DNA of 64,000 nucleotides from Psilocybe cubensis (taxonomy: Eukaryota). The DNA is taken from NCBI GenBank assembly GCA_017499595.2, contig CM039000.1, positions 3,658,001 to 3,722,000 of the forward strand, read 5' to 3'. The notes below the pieces were generated by a model that saw only the letters and a program-made list of their open reading frames with translations, made no database searches and had not been told where the DNA came from. Shown in pieces: positions 36,165 to 47,930 of this stretch. A program made the position numbers and the translations under genes. Every line of letters starts with the position of its first letter. Positions within the stretch are counted from its first letter, which is position 1.

Positions 36165-36810
36165 CTACTTGCGAAGACGGGCAGCGGCGATGGCTAAGGG
36201 CGTAACAAAAGGAGTGGAGCCTTCATAGACCGCACGCATGACGGCGGCGGGTGCACGAACTCCCTTCATAACTGAGGAACAAGGTCAACACCCACTGATA
36301 TGATAAAAGAAGAGGAAGATATAGAAAAGTACCTGCAATAGCGCGCTTACGCGCCTCGAAATCGACCGCGTCGTCACGCGGGGCCCCACCGGGGGCATCA
36401 GATACTAGAGAAATAAAAAAAAAACGTGTTTAATGCAAAATAAAAAGGAGAGAGAGAGAGAAAGAAAAAGAAACGCACCGTTGGCGGCCGCGACTGCCGC
36501 GCGCATGCGTTTGTTAAACGCGTCGATGTCGATGGAACCCGCGGCTACAAAAAAACATCAAAAAACCTTCAACAAATGCAAAAAATCAGAGAATACGGAC
36601 GATATACGTCCGTGACGCCGTCTAAAAGCGATAGGTGAGTTAATAACGATTGAAAACAGGCCACTACTCACCTTTAACGAATACGCGCGCAAGCGTTTTG
36701 CCTGCACAGCGCGAAACGCACGAAACGCGATGAATAAAATGAAACAGCGGATAAAAATAGATTCGGCACGTACCTGCCGTCAATGCCGATCCGTCCGAAT
36801 TTTTTGTCAT
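36165..36810 (-). CDS. Small multi-exon Ala/Arg-rich hypothetical cargo protein
   Basis: GC-rich exon-like blocks (MTKNSDGSALTA, SIDIDAFNKRMRAAVAAA, DDAVDFEARKRAIA, VMKGVRAPAAV...RLRK*) separated by GT..AG T-rich segments. Confidence 0.35.
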
Positions 36811-37134
36811 TTTTTCGGTTTTTTTTGAGCACGAGGTGGGCCGAATACTTCTGGGAGGTGTTGGAGATGGTGGGGGTTGGGAAGAAAGAGGAAGATGGGC
36901 GGGTCTGTTTGACCCCCACCACTTCATGGCAGCCCATCGACTTCTAAGAAGTCGATAGCCGCCATTGCGCCGCGCTTCTTCAGTTACCCAAACGGGCGCG
37001 CGGGAATGATTTCGAGATTTGTAATTATATTTATTATTTATATTATATTATATATATATTATATTATTACAAAGCGTGACGCTGAATCGTAAAGACTCGT
37101 CACGCCACGCTCCGCGGTGGCCCACTAAAACAAG

Positions 37135-37179
37135 TCAATGTCTTGGCCCTTGGCAATTCCCATTTTAGGCGATTTTGAT
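37135..37179 (+). repeat. 45-bp subterminal direct repeat, right copy
   Basis: Identical to 10682-10726, same orientation. Confidence 0.92.
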
Positions 37180-37253
37180 CGTTATGTAATGGTCACGAGG
37201 TAGGTAGGTTGCCCAAATTACCTCGAAATAAAAAATATGAGGTCGTGTTTTTT

Positions 37254-37276
37254 TTTTGAACCCCGGCACCCCCTTG
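37254..37276 (-). repeat. Right TIR
   Basis: TTTTGAACCCCGGCACCCCCTTG. Confidence 0.93.
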
Positions 37277-37284
37277 GAAGTTGA
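37277..37284. repeat. Right target-site duplication GAAGTTGA
   Basis: Identical to 10242-10249. Confidence 0.93.
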
Positions 37285-37540
37285 AGCATCGTTTTGATCT
37301 GGACTGTTTTGAATATGCGAAGAGTCTCTGAAAATCTGTAACGAATCTAAGGAAGAACAAAGTTCAATAAGCCTCAAAACTAGTCTTACATATAAGCAAT
37401 TACAAACCACCGCCGACTGATAGCGATAATGCCAGCTGCGAATGGAGGTCATCTGCATCCGTTGCCTCCATCGATTGAATAGTGGGATTAATGTTCAGCT
37501 CGTTCAAAGTCCCGGATAATAGTTCATGGGGGTTATTCAT
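37277..37540 (-). pseudogene. 5' portion of the host gene split by the element
   Basis: IFRDSSHIQNSPDQNDASTS continues in frame into (STS)VINSGNR at 10249; candidate ATG at 37540 (MNNPHELL). Confidence 0.6.
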
Positions 37541-38149
37541 CTGGTATGTTGATGAGCGGCTGGGCTTAACGTGGTACAAGTACAAGTAGTACGGTCAAAA
37601 TAGGTGATTACACTTGGATTACGCCAATGAAGATGAATGCTGTTGTTAATCAGTTCCAGCGTGGTAATGATCCGATTTCTCCCCTAAAAATGTGAATCGA
37701 TGAACGAGAGTCGTGCCAATAATCGACATCGATCCATGATTTACCTATCGGCCTATCGGAGTCGATTCGTGCAATCAAGGTTTCAGTTCGATGACATTCC
37801 CACGATGATTCTTAGGTTATAACTCGACTGCAAAAAAACTACAGCATTGGAACGAAATGTGGTCAGAGAGTTTAGAAAGAAACTAATTTGAACTTTGAAA
37901 TTGCCATGCCTCAATGATGAGACGTGGTTCATAGAGAGATCGGGGACTTGCCCAGAACGATTCAAATGCGTTGGTGCTTGTTGGAAGTTCACGCAACCCG
38001 ATTAGGTCGTGATGGTTGAGTCAACCGTTGATCAACCCGAACTGTAAGGTCACATGATAATACTTGGACGAACTTACATCATTGCCCTTGTTTTGATTTT
38101 CTACGACGTGGCTTTTCTTTGGCATCCCTCTCCTTCTAGTAATCCCTAA

Positions 38150-39990
38150 ATGTCGCAAAGCGACTCTCCAGATACATCGGTAGAAATATGCAAGTTTATA
38201 ATGCCATTAATTGCAGCTGATATTGTCTCAAACCCTCAGAGTGAAGAAGGACATATTGGACTAGAGCAATCGACCCGTGGTCTGTACAACTGAGCAATGC
38301 CCCCCTTCCAATTCTGACAACAACAGGTTCAAACACGCACCCATATGGTTTTAGGATTCTGACGGATTGTTCATTCGCTCGGTGCCATGTTACCCAGACT
38401 CCAGAAGGTCAATGTGAAAGCTACACTCGTTCCATGCAAATGCTAGGCCATGGTACTCCTCTCTGGCGGCCAATTGGAAATGTCTATATTTCAAACACTA
38501 CCTCTAAACCATCCATAGAGATTGGTGATGTTGGAATAATCGCCAACGACGGTACCTTTTATTACCGTTTCAACATATTCCAACCCCCATCCTCGGATCT
38601 GCAGCGTTCGTGTCCCCCTGACATGATACCACTCCAGCCGCCTCTTCAACCTGCCGAAGTGATAACCAAACCGAATCACTTACCCCCTGGTACACTACTC
38701 ACCACCATGGGTATCGAAGCTACGCAAATATCAGCCTCTCCTTTGTATGTGATCAATGTTTTTGGATTATTGGCATATTTACTAGCTGAAGGACTGCCAT
38801 AGACAGATAAAATTTGTTGTTAAAGGCCGTGAAGGGGCTGCTCTCGTGTTACCTAACGGGACCAGCCGTGAAGACCTGGCTGATCCCAGTCGCATTAGGG
38901 CATATGTCCGAATGCACCTGTTGAAGTGGTATAGATTTATGAACAGATCGCGAATAGGCCGTATTTCGGTGCCAAATGGAAGTTTGTATCTTGTCACTGG
39001 GTACGATAAAGCCGACGCATGGGCAATTGCTTGTGGGCCTTTGTCCTACAGTCGTACTGGAACAGATATGAGTATACGGTATCAAGCCGACAAAACTCCG
39101 GTATGGCAAGATTTCAGGGGGATGACGGGCAATAGCAATACTCCCTCCGATACGGTACAGTCATGGGCCGTTTTTCTTCGTGGAATGAAGCTCGCGGTCA
39201 GCAATTCAGATTGGGTCAGATATATTCTTCACGAGGATATTCCAGAGCTTCCGTTCTACAACGTGATGAAGACTCCCGTTCTTGGACGCAGAGCTCGTTT
39301 ACAGACGTACATAGAACATCGGTATAACTTTCCCGCCAAGTATCTTTCTGAGAGCACGCACGTGAGTCGTCAAGTTGACGGGTGTCGCTTCTGGCCTTAG
39401 ATATGTCATTTTGCAGCTTCTTTTTAATCCTCTTGAGATAATATTGCGATATATGATCCAGGAAGTACGAGTAATATTTTATCTCTCTAACAGTGAAGGA
39501 AAGCTGACTCGCCCAGTCTCCAAATGCCGACGTCGCAATCGTGGATGATTGGGTATGGTGCGCCGTTGCAGACAGGGTATTTGACGTTCAGCTCGAGACT
39601 GGGTGTTATACTTTCTGACGTTTTTTCTCTAGAGCGATGGAAGCCTCTCTCGAGTTGCCCATCTTCTCTTACGCATTCTGGAAACGCATGAAATTGTTAT
39701 ACAAGACGGTAACGTTGTCAGATACATTGATTAGCATTTGTTGACTATTCCTTATCTCGCAGGACTTGCAACATTGAAACCTTTTTCTCCTACACAAAGC
39801 AAGGTGACTATCTCTACTTTGGTATTTGATGCACTAAATGAACCCCCTATAGGAACTGTCTGTACAAAGTTTTCGCCAGATAACGGTCGGCCTCTCTCGT
39901 TTTCGGCGGCGAAGCAATATCAAGCGCAAGCTCGATAAGATCTTTCCTGGACCACCTGTTCCGCAGGAACAGTTCGAGGACTCAGACTAG
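38150..39990 (+). CDS. Apparently intact member of the IGDVG / NGSLYLVTG.DKA family (possibly gasdermin-like pore-forming fold)
   Basis: GHGTPLWRP, EIGDVGIIANDGTFYYRFNIF, GAALVLPNGTSREDL, KWYRFMN, PNGSLYLVTGYDKADAWAIA; multiple GT-AG introns. Function is inferred. Confidence 0.7.
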
Positions 39991-40346
39991 GTTGTTCGGT
40001 TTCATGTCTGATTGGATGCTGTGGGGAAATTGAAATATTCCATTTCCCCCCAAATCATGGTCCATTTAAACCAGATTCTGTTTCTTTGAAAGCGGAGTCT
40101 GCCATAGCGCTATTTGCTGCCATTTGTTGGCGAATGGAAAATTGTCGGTTTCCTTTTTTAATACTGTTCTTTCTCGATGCCGTCAAGTGAAGCTTCCGAT
40201 TATTCTGTCTCATAATCCTCGCTTATATTTTCTTTAACTTCCTGGAGGTGCGCTTCACATTCGCCCTCAAATCTTTCTGTTGGAGAGGAAATCTAGGGTA
40301 ATTTCAAATTTAACCCTTAGTTGTTCTAACGTATCCAATTTCCAGC

Positions 40347-40670
40347 ATGCCTTCTGCTTCAGGAATTCTTAGGCGTATCGGCGTAGACGGAGGATCAAAG
40401 TTTATGGCGACTTTCACTATCCGTGATTCTCACTACACCCTAGCTGGATTATTCGTCTCGGGTTTACCAGACTTCAGGTGTCGCCACGCGAAGCTCAAAT
40501 ACCATTCGGTTTCTCAACTTACCTCAACAAGATTAGCGGAAGGCAGGATTGGGCCAGATGGAATCATTCTTCGGTTGATAAATGGTCCTATTATTGAAGG
40601 GTTGCTGGAGTCTCCATTCGATCCCCCTGCCAATGAGCTCATCGGCTGCGGCATATGGTTTCAACATTGA
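40347..40670 (+). CDS. Small intronless beta-rich protein (107 aa), paralogue 1
   Basis: MPSASG...KFMATFTI...LKY..LTSTR..EGRIG...G.GIW pattern shared with the two neighbours. Confidence 0.7.
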   Translation: MPSASGILRRIGVDGGSKFMATFTIRDSHYTLAGLFVSGLPDFRCRHAKLKYHSVSQLTSTRLAEGRIGPDGIILRLINGPIIEGLLESPFDPPANELIGCGIWFQH

Positions 40671-40974
40671 CCCTATCAGAGAATCAAGAAAATTTAAAAA
40701 CTGTAAATTCCTTGGAGTTTTATCTTCTTTGAAATAGAAAAGAACTCAGAGCACGGTACACCGTTTGAAAGTTAAGCACTTGAGCGCTTATTTAGCGATC
40801 TATTAATAGATCACAAAGAATAACAGTCATCGAGAAAATAGAAATCACAACGCAAGCCCAAGAGCTAGCCAGGTTCTGAAGCTTACCATCCTCATTGAAC
40901 GCAGTGGTTAATATATCTTGGAATAGGATCATCATAGATAGTACAAGAAAGTGGTAACTCCCAGGAGGAAAACC

Positions 40975-41292
40975 TCAACTCTGTGTGAAGAACGCTGCAC
41001 CACACACCGATGAGCCAGAATGGCATGGAAAATCCAGTTTCCCTTCTATCTTTACCCCATTAGTAAACTTTATCACCAATCTTTCTGGTCCTACTGATCC
41101 CTCTATCCCTCTTGTCCCTGACAGATCATCCGCGTGCCCATACGTGAGCACAGCTGCACTGGAACGGAATGGTGGCACATTTCCTGCGAAGCTTCCCGCA
41201 ACTATGTAATGCGAATGTTGCAGGTTGAACCTCCCTGTAAAGCGTGCGCCTGATGTAGATCGCACGAAACCAACAGCTGTTTTAAAAGACAT
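40975..41292 (-). CDS. Small beta-rich protein, paralogue 2
   Basis: ATG at 41292 (MSFKTAVG); RFTGRFNL..PPFRS..AVLTY..DDLSGTR..EGSVG..NGVKIEGKLD. Confidence 0.7.
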   Translation of the reverse strand: MSFKTAVGFVRSTSGARFTGRFNLQHSHYIVAGSFAGNVPPFRSSAAVLTYGHADDLSGTRGIEGSVGPERLVIKFTNGVKIEGKLDFPCHSGSSVCGAAFFTQS

Positions 41293-42074
41293 CCCACTAG
41301 TTGTCGATGCCAAAATTGAGGGGCATTGATTATCATATGTAATGTGGATACTTACATTGTTAGATAAAATCAAATGTTGCAATAATTTGGGCCTTGTGGA
41401 TAATCAGAGTGACGTTTGCAGACTATATACTATCGAGCATGTTTGGCTCCAAGGGTACGAATCATTGGCAAGTCAAACGTCTGTGGCTTGACTTCCATCA
41501 CTTGAAAAGTCAACTTGGACACTCTGGTAGTCGTATCAATCATTATCGCCATCCATTTGGTAGAGATAAAATGCAATCTGTAAGCGTATACAACCATTAA
41601 TCGACGAATGACAATGATGCGCGTTCCACTTCCCTTCCAGTTGATTCTCATCATCAACCCAAAATTACACGTCCTCAGACGTCCTCCCACACCAAATTTC
41701 TGTTGGCGCTCACTGTTACCTATTTTAAGTGTTGCAAAGTGCACCTTAATGTGACTAGATGTTGTCAAATTGTTAGCTCGAGAGATCAATGAAGCGCGAG
41801 GGTGAAGTCGAGCAAAGAAATCCTTCTGCTTTACAATCCAGCCGTTACCCACTTTTGTTGTGCCCGAGTCGCAATCTCGAAGACACCACCATTTCACTGG
41901 TTTGTCAAATATAGAGAATGATTTACATTAAAAATACTCATCCATGGAATGAGGAATAGAAAAATATAGAGGCGCAATTTGAACATAAAACTTCATCTTA
42001 AACGAGCAATGGATGCGAGTCAGCACTCGGCAAAACATACATCGTATTGGTGAATAATGCATGTGAGCGATCTG

Positions 42075-42386
42075 TCATCCAGAGGACCAAGTGATTTGCC
42101 CAGTCATCGGTATCTCAGTAGGAAAAGGAACCTCCAAATTCCCTGTAATTTTCACATTCTCCGATAGCATGTTAAGCGTCGCTTTCCCCACCACACCCGT
42201 AACACTCTTGGTGCCGGTCAGATCATCCTTATTGACATACGTCAATGTAGCGTTCTTGCTGAGGAATGAAGGTATTGCGCTCGATAAAAACCTTCCTGAG
42301 CCATACATCGGTAGATCGTCGATGTTAAAAGCAAGACTAAAGTTGATGCCGTCTGTCGAAAGGATCGTTCCTTGCATTGTAGGCAT
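42075..42386 (-). CDS. Small beta-rich protein (103 aa), paralogue 3
   Basis: MPTMQG..NFSLAFNI..PSFLS.NATLTY..DDLTGTK..TGVVG..VKITGNLE..GQITW. Confidence 0.75.
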   Translation of the reverse strand: MPTMQGTILSTDGINFSLAFNIDDLPMYGSGRFLSSAIPSFLSKNATLTYVNKDDLTGTKSVTGVVGKATLNMLSENVKITGNLEVPFPTEIPMTGQITWSSG

Positions 42387-42773
42387 ACTAAAATTCTGAA
42401 GTTAGGTCTGAAGTTAGGTATCAAGAATTTAGAGCGACAAGCTGGCCTACGCACGTGGGTTTGGATGCAGGAGTCCAGTTAAAGCAAAAGGAGGCAAGTT
42501 CGCTTTATATATGTTGGAATAGCAAAATACTCCAACACATGCCGTTAGTGCGAACTAGGTGAGAATCCATGAATCTCCTAGAATCATGAACACAGAAGGA
42601 TGACTGTCATTCAGATGGGTACCAGCTTCCAAACAACAATAGCATCCTCTATGCACAGTGTAGATGGGTCATTTGCACGTAAGATATTAATAATTGAACA
42701 ATAAAGATAATAAAAAAGATGAAGCATGAATGAAGTACCGAATAATCCATGAATCCAGAAGTAGCCCCTCATG

Positions 42774-45759
42774 CTAGTCAGAATCATCGCCGGAAGCATC
42801 TTCATCGGAGTCCACTTCCATCGCATCGCCATCCTCCATCCGAATGCCAGAAACACTACCATACGGGATCTTATCCTTGACCCACCGACCCCACAGCAAG
42901 TCAACCCTGCACAATCCGGAGGACGTTCCAGCAGCAATCATGCCAGAGGACGCCAGGCCATTCCCGTTGTTCCATACGACGCGATGTACACCCACCTCTC
43001 TCGGCCACGCGCCGGTGCTGGGAGGGAACACTTCTGCATCCTTTTTAGATTTGCCTTTCGCGGCCCGTGTTGCTGTCGGACGATCAATTGATTCCTGAAA
43101 CCGTACCAAACAAACAAAGGGTTAGATGCAAGTGAGTTAGAAGCAGAGCAAAAGAAGAAACCTGAGGGAGGAAATGGTCCAGCATACGATACTCCTTGGT
43201 AATGCGGTTGTAATCCATCTGGAAAATTTTATGCACGAAGAACGGCTGATGGAGAGTTGGATTATGGTGTGAACATCATTGCCCGTCATATCAAATATAA
43301 AGGACCACGTACGACAGAGCCACCTCTTCTCGTTGATCTCAGCATGTTGGTCGTGGAAAGGGTTCCGTCAGAAGCACCGACAGCCAATTGTGGATGAAAG
43401 TCCGAGGCATGCACACTCTGTTTTGGTACCAAAAAGCTTAATTTATGCCACACGATCTAGACATAACAGAGATGTCTTACCCAAATGGGGCCCAACGGTT
43501 CGAAAAGAGAATGTCCTCGTCCCAACATACTGGGCGAGGCGGAATAGGCTTTAACTGTGTTTTCATGGTCCATAGTGATCGGTCCACCTGCAAATGGTGA
43601 AAATGCGAGTGCGTTTATGACATCTTTGCAGGATGTAAGCCAGCATTCAAACTTCCATGTTGATGAAGGCTAACCTCTCGTACGGTTCATGACTGACCCA
43701 CGCCCCTCACGAATATCAGTCAGACATTCCATACCGTCATAGCCAGCACTGGCGATAACAATGGGATCTTGATCGATGGCAGGTGTACCGGAAGATGAAC
43801 ACGGTGGTGCCCTAATCCAGCTCAACGCGCGGACAGCAGACTGATGGACAAGGAGGTAGTAGGTGGGAAGAAGATCGACTATTGTTGGTTGACCTGCGCA
43901 GGAACGATCTGACGTGTAGTCCGCCGGAGGAAAGAAAATGACAGCTTACTGAAGTCGCCGTAGGATCTGAGAGCCGATCCTATGTCGTAGACCAGAATGG
44001 CACCTGAGATTATCGCGTTAGACGTGATAGAAGGTTGACTGAAAAATTCCACGCACCGTTGGTCGTCCCGATGGCGATGACTTCACTATTAGCCCAATCA
44101 AAGCTCCAACAGCAAGCTTGCTCGAGTTCAATCCGGAGCAGGGGGTTTGACAACTTGACTACGACCAAGGTTGACTATGTCATTCATATTCGCAACTGTT
44201 TGGCTTACTGCATACTGGATGTTGGTCGTCGCCCTCCGGCGATGCAAAATTTGACGGCTCAGGCACGACAAATAACGAAAATGAACCATCTTCAAATGTT
44301 CCTCCAAGGAGACCTAGCTTCTTTCCCTGTGTCGTGTCATTTTTCTGAAACAGGAATGGACGCGTGAGTTTTCAAAGGGGAGAATGATTGACGTGTCCTT
44401 ACTAGATCATGAGAGGGAAGTGGGCACCACTTTAGGTCGTAGGCAGGTCCGGTATCTAAACAGAGAACCATTTCACATTTCATTTGTCCGTCGTCATTTG
44501 GTTTAGACGGGTTAAGACTGGATAATGACCATATTTGAATACAGGCATATGAAGGTCGAGCCACCCTTTTTCCAATATCCGGTGAATGAGAACGAGAAGG
44601 GAAAGGGGCAACAGCGAGGTATTGTTTGTATGACCGAGCTATCCAAATGTCAACGTCGTTGTAATATTGTATATGCTGCGACTTTACCTGCCCGGTCTTC
44701 AGGATGAATCGGACACCAATCCATTCCCCAAACGGGTGCACCGGCGTTAAAAACGAGAGCCTTGCTTTCTGAAAAGTATTTTGCTAAATCATGAAAGTTG
44801 AATCCCTGATTCGAAAAAAGAAATTGAAATTTTTCGTACACATTGGGATAGATTCAAACATGTTCATAATTTCCAGTGTTTGCTTCTTAATAGGACCGAA
44901 GTAGCAGGGAAGTGCAGGAGGGGGCTGAAGGTTTCCCTCTGTCGTAGTCACATCATCTGTGGGTAGATACGGAGCTGCATCTCTAACTGACTCAGAATAA
45001 CGTCAAATTCAAAAACAATGTAAAAGGTACACACTGTATACTGATAACTTCGAGATGTTGCACGACTTTCAAGTTCGAATACACCCTAGGCCTACGATTC
45101 GCTTCCGTGTCTGCGTCATCTGCGGTGGTTATGGCCTCCTTGTACCAGCCTCTGTCCTCGGCAAGATCCCACAGCGGCCCAGAGCCAATATTGTATCCCC
45201 AGGACTTGTTAACCCGGTCAGATATCTTGGAATTCTCCGTAACACAGTTTGTAAGGGATGTAGATGGAGCACCGAAGATTCTAGGACGAGAGGTAAGGCG
45301 TTCGACGCGTCCTTCGCGTGAATATAGCGGTACAGCCCGATGTCGGTGATGGACGCTTCGTGCCGGAAGCGCATACATTTGTCTTTTTGCCGGTGGAGGC
45401 CCGACAGACGCAGACTCTGCTTTTGCTTTTTGTTTTCCCTTAGCGGGTGGTGTCTTCGTCTCTGCTGAGCGAGTCGGTTTAGGTGCCTCTTCTTCTACTT
45501 CTTCATCCGTAATGTCGTCCACTCCTTCTGCATCCGCATCCTCGTCTTCGTCTTCGTCCTCTTCTTCTTCGTCATTATTGTCCTTTCCATTTTTGTTTTT
45601 CTCGGGGTTGAAGTCGCTGCCGCTGTCGGGATCCTCTAATGTGTCAATGGCGGCGGACGAAGATGCAACCGGATTGTCGTTTTCATCCTCTGAATCGAAT
45701 GCTGCTAAAGCCGCCGCGTAGTTTGCTTTGGATCTTCTTGGCCTTAGTTGTCGGCCCAT
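42774..45759 (-). CDS. TFC6: WD40-repeat protein, TFIIIC subunit (Tfc6/GTF3C2-like), multi-exon
   Basis: Basic then acidic N-terminus; VFNAGAPVWGMDWCP, YLAVAP, IQIWSL, DLKWCP; C-terminal VHRVVWN..G..AAGTSSGLCRVD. Confidence 0.7.
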
Positions 45760-46023
45760 AACGTCTTTGTGTTATGTCTTGTGTGCTGTAGAACAAAAAT
45801 GGGCAAAGAGAGAAAATGAGGATCAATGGGTCATTGTGGTTAGGTTGAGAGCAACAGAGCTTGGCGGTCAACAAAAGGACACAATCTTATCTTATCTCTG
45901 CCTTCTTGGCACCCGTCGGCTTTCCTGTTCATTCTTACCCGGCAAGCAACACAACATCCAGGGACGTTCCCATTTACTAAGCCACAGAGGCGTTTTAAAG
46001 GTGCACTTCTAGTTCTAACCGTT

Positions 46024-47930
46024 ATGAGCAAGTTACCGACTCACACGAAAGCTGTTGTACTCCAGGAATCACAAGTTCCGCGGACACCGTTGTACTATGA
46101 CGCACCTGTGGTCAAACGACCTCTTTCACCCCCAAAAGCTGGGGAAGTCGTGGTCAAGATGGGCGCAGTAGGATTCAACCACAAAGATGTGCGTATGCGC
46201 ATGTACATATGCCCCGCGGTCATGTAACGCTCTGCCTTTCATCAGGTGTGGATCCGACAGGGACAGTACCCAAACATTCAACTAGGTGCTGTCTTTGGCG
46301 GCGATGGTGCAGGAAAGTAGCATAGGTCTTCTTTTCAATAATATGTAACCTTAACTGACGCGCTTTGGGCACTACCAGGGGTTGTGATTGCATCTGGGAC
46401 ACCAAATGACCCCTTGCTAAACAAGCGCGTCTTCTTGACCCCGTCAAGGGGCTGGGAGAAGGATCCTCACGCCCCAGAATCAAGGTCTGCATTCCCGCTC
46501 TTCTCCGCGCTCGTATTAAACCCAAACAAACCACGACTCGCCAATACAACGTGTCTTGAAGCAATATTGACTTTATTTGAGTAGATTTGGCATCTTGGGT
46601 GGTGGCGTTTATCCCCCCATTGGCACCTTTGCAGAGCATGTCGTCGTTGAGCGAGACCAAGTCATTCCAACTCCTGAGCATCTTGATGACGTCCACATTG
46701 CCGCATGGCCCATTGGCGGTGTAACAGCCTGGAGGTTAGCGTTCAAAACCAGCAAAGGCCAATGTAGCTTCTGACCTCGGGTTCTTAGAGCCGTCGCCGT
46801 GAATGCCCAGGTCGAAAAGGGACAAAATGTTCTCATCACGGGAATTGGGGGCGGCGTTGCGCTTCTCGCGATGCAATTATGTCTCGCAAAGGGGGCCAAT
46901 GTATATGTGACGAGTGGAAACGAAGCAAAGATCCAAAAAGCCGTATCTCTCGGCGCCAAAGGCGGCGCGAACTACAAGGAAAGTAAGTCATACCCCCCCT
47001 CCATCTCCCAAACCCAAGAACACAATCTAAAGTTTGTGAAAGAAAACTGGGCAGCACGAATAGGCACATTGCTTGCTAAAGAGAAGAAAGGAGCCATGCT
47101 CGATGCGATTATTGATTCCGCAGGAGGAGATATCTTTGGGCAGGCCGGGAAAATACTCAAGCAGGGGGGGCGTGTTGTCTGTTATGGGATGTACGTTCGC
47201 TTCTCTTCACTAATCCATTGGCAGAACATCTATTGCCTCCTTGTCCCCAAGAGCGAAGGGACAAGCATCTCGGAATATGCTTACACCCCGCTCGCTAAAT
47301 CAAAACACGCTATTAACACTGATACCCCGACAGGACGGCAAGCCCTAAAATAACCCTGACAATGCGGCAAGTCCTCGCAAACCAGCAATTACTTGGTATG
47401 TGCCGTATGTTTCCTAATACTGACCTTTTCTCACTGGCCAATTTTTACATCCCACCGTCCAATCACAACTTGAAACCTCTCCGTATATTCTCCCTCTTGT
47501 CTCCGCTTCAAACCTTCCCGACTTCTCAACACCTGTTGGTTCCTGCCACCACCGAACCCAATCTAATTTGAACCCCCCAACTGACGCCGACGTCGACGCG
47601 TCGTATGGGTATGGATGGATGCAAACGACATCTACTTTTACACCTCTATCAATATCAATACCACCGCAAACACAAACACAAACACCAATGCAAATGCAAA
47701 TGCAAATGCAAAATACAAACACAGGATCCACGATGGGGTCTCACCAGGACCTGCTAGACGCGACCGCGTTCATCGCGAAGCACCGCATCGTGCCTATCGT
47801 ATCGCACATTCTCGACGGGCTCGAATCGGCCGAGGAAGGGTTCGAGCTGATCAAGCGCGGTGATCAGTTCGGGAAAGTCGTCATCAAACTGCGCGGCGGC
47901 GAGATGGGAAATACCCACGCGAAGCTCTAG
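46024..47930 (+). CDS. Medium-chain dehydrogenase/reductase (quinone-oxidoreductase-like NAD(P) oxidoreductase)
   Basis: GEVVVKMGAVGFNHKD, GTFAEHVVV, AAWPIGGVTAWR, VLITGIGGGVA, IIDSAGG, GGRVVCYGM, GSTMGS, QFGKVVI. Confidence 0.9.

Larger units (their letters stand above)
10250..37276. mobile_element. 27-kb TIR-bounded composite transposon (hAT-like ends) carrying a Helitron Rep-helicase and cargo genes
   Basis: TIRs 10250-10272 and 37254-37276 match at 22/23; 8-bp TSD; host reading frame restored on removal; element-restricted 41-bp palindromes. Confidence 0.9.

Noticed and set aside
10250-37276. Starship-type or LTR element interpretation
   Set aside because: No tyrosine-recombinase captain, reverse transcriptase or integrase is visible, and the ends are TIRs with an 8-bp TSD.
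47568-47724. QTQTQ/MQMQMQ N-terminus of ORF 47568-47930
   Set aside because: This is microsatellite inside the last MDR intron; the real exon starts at GSTMGS.
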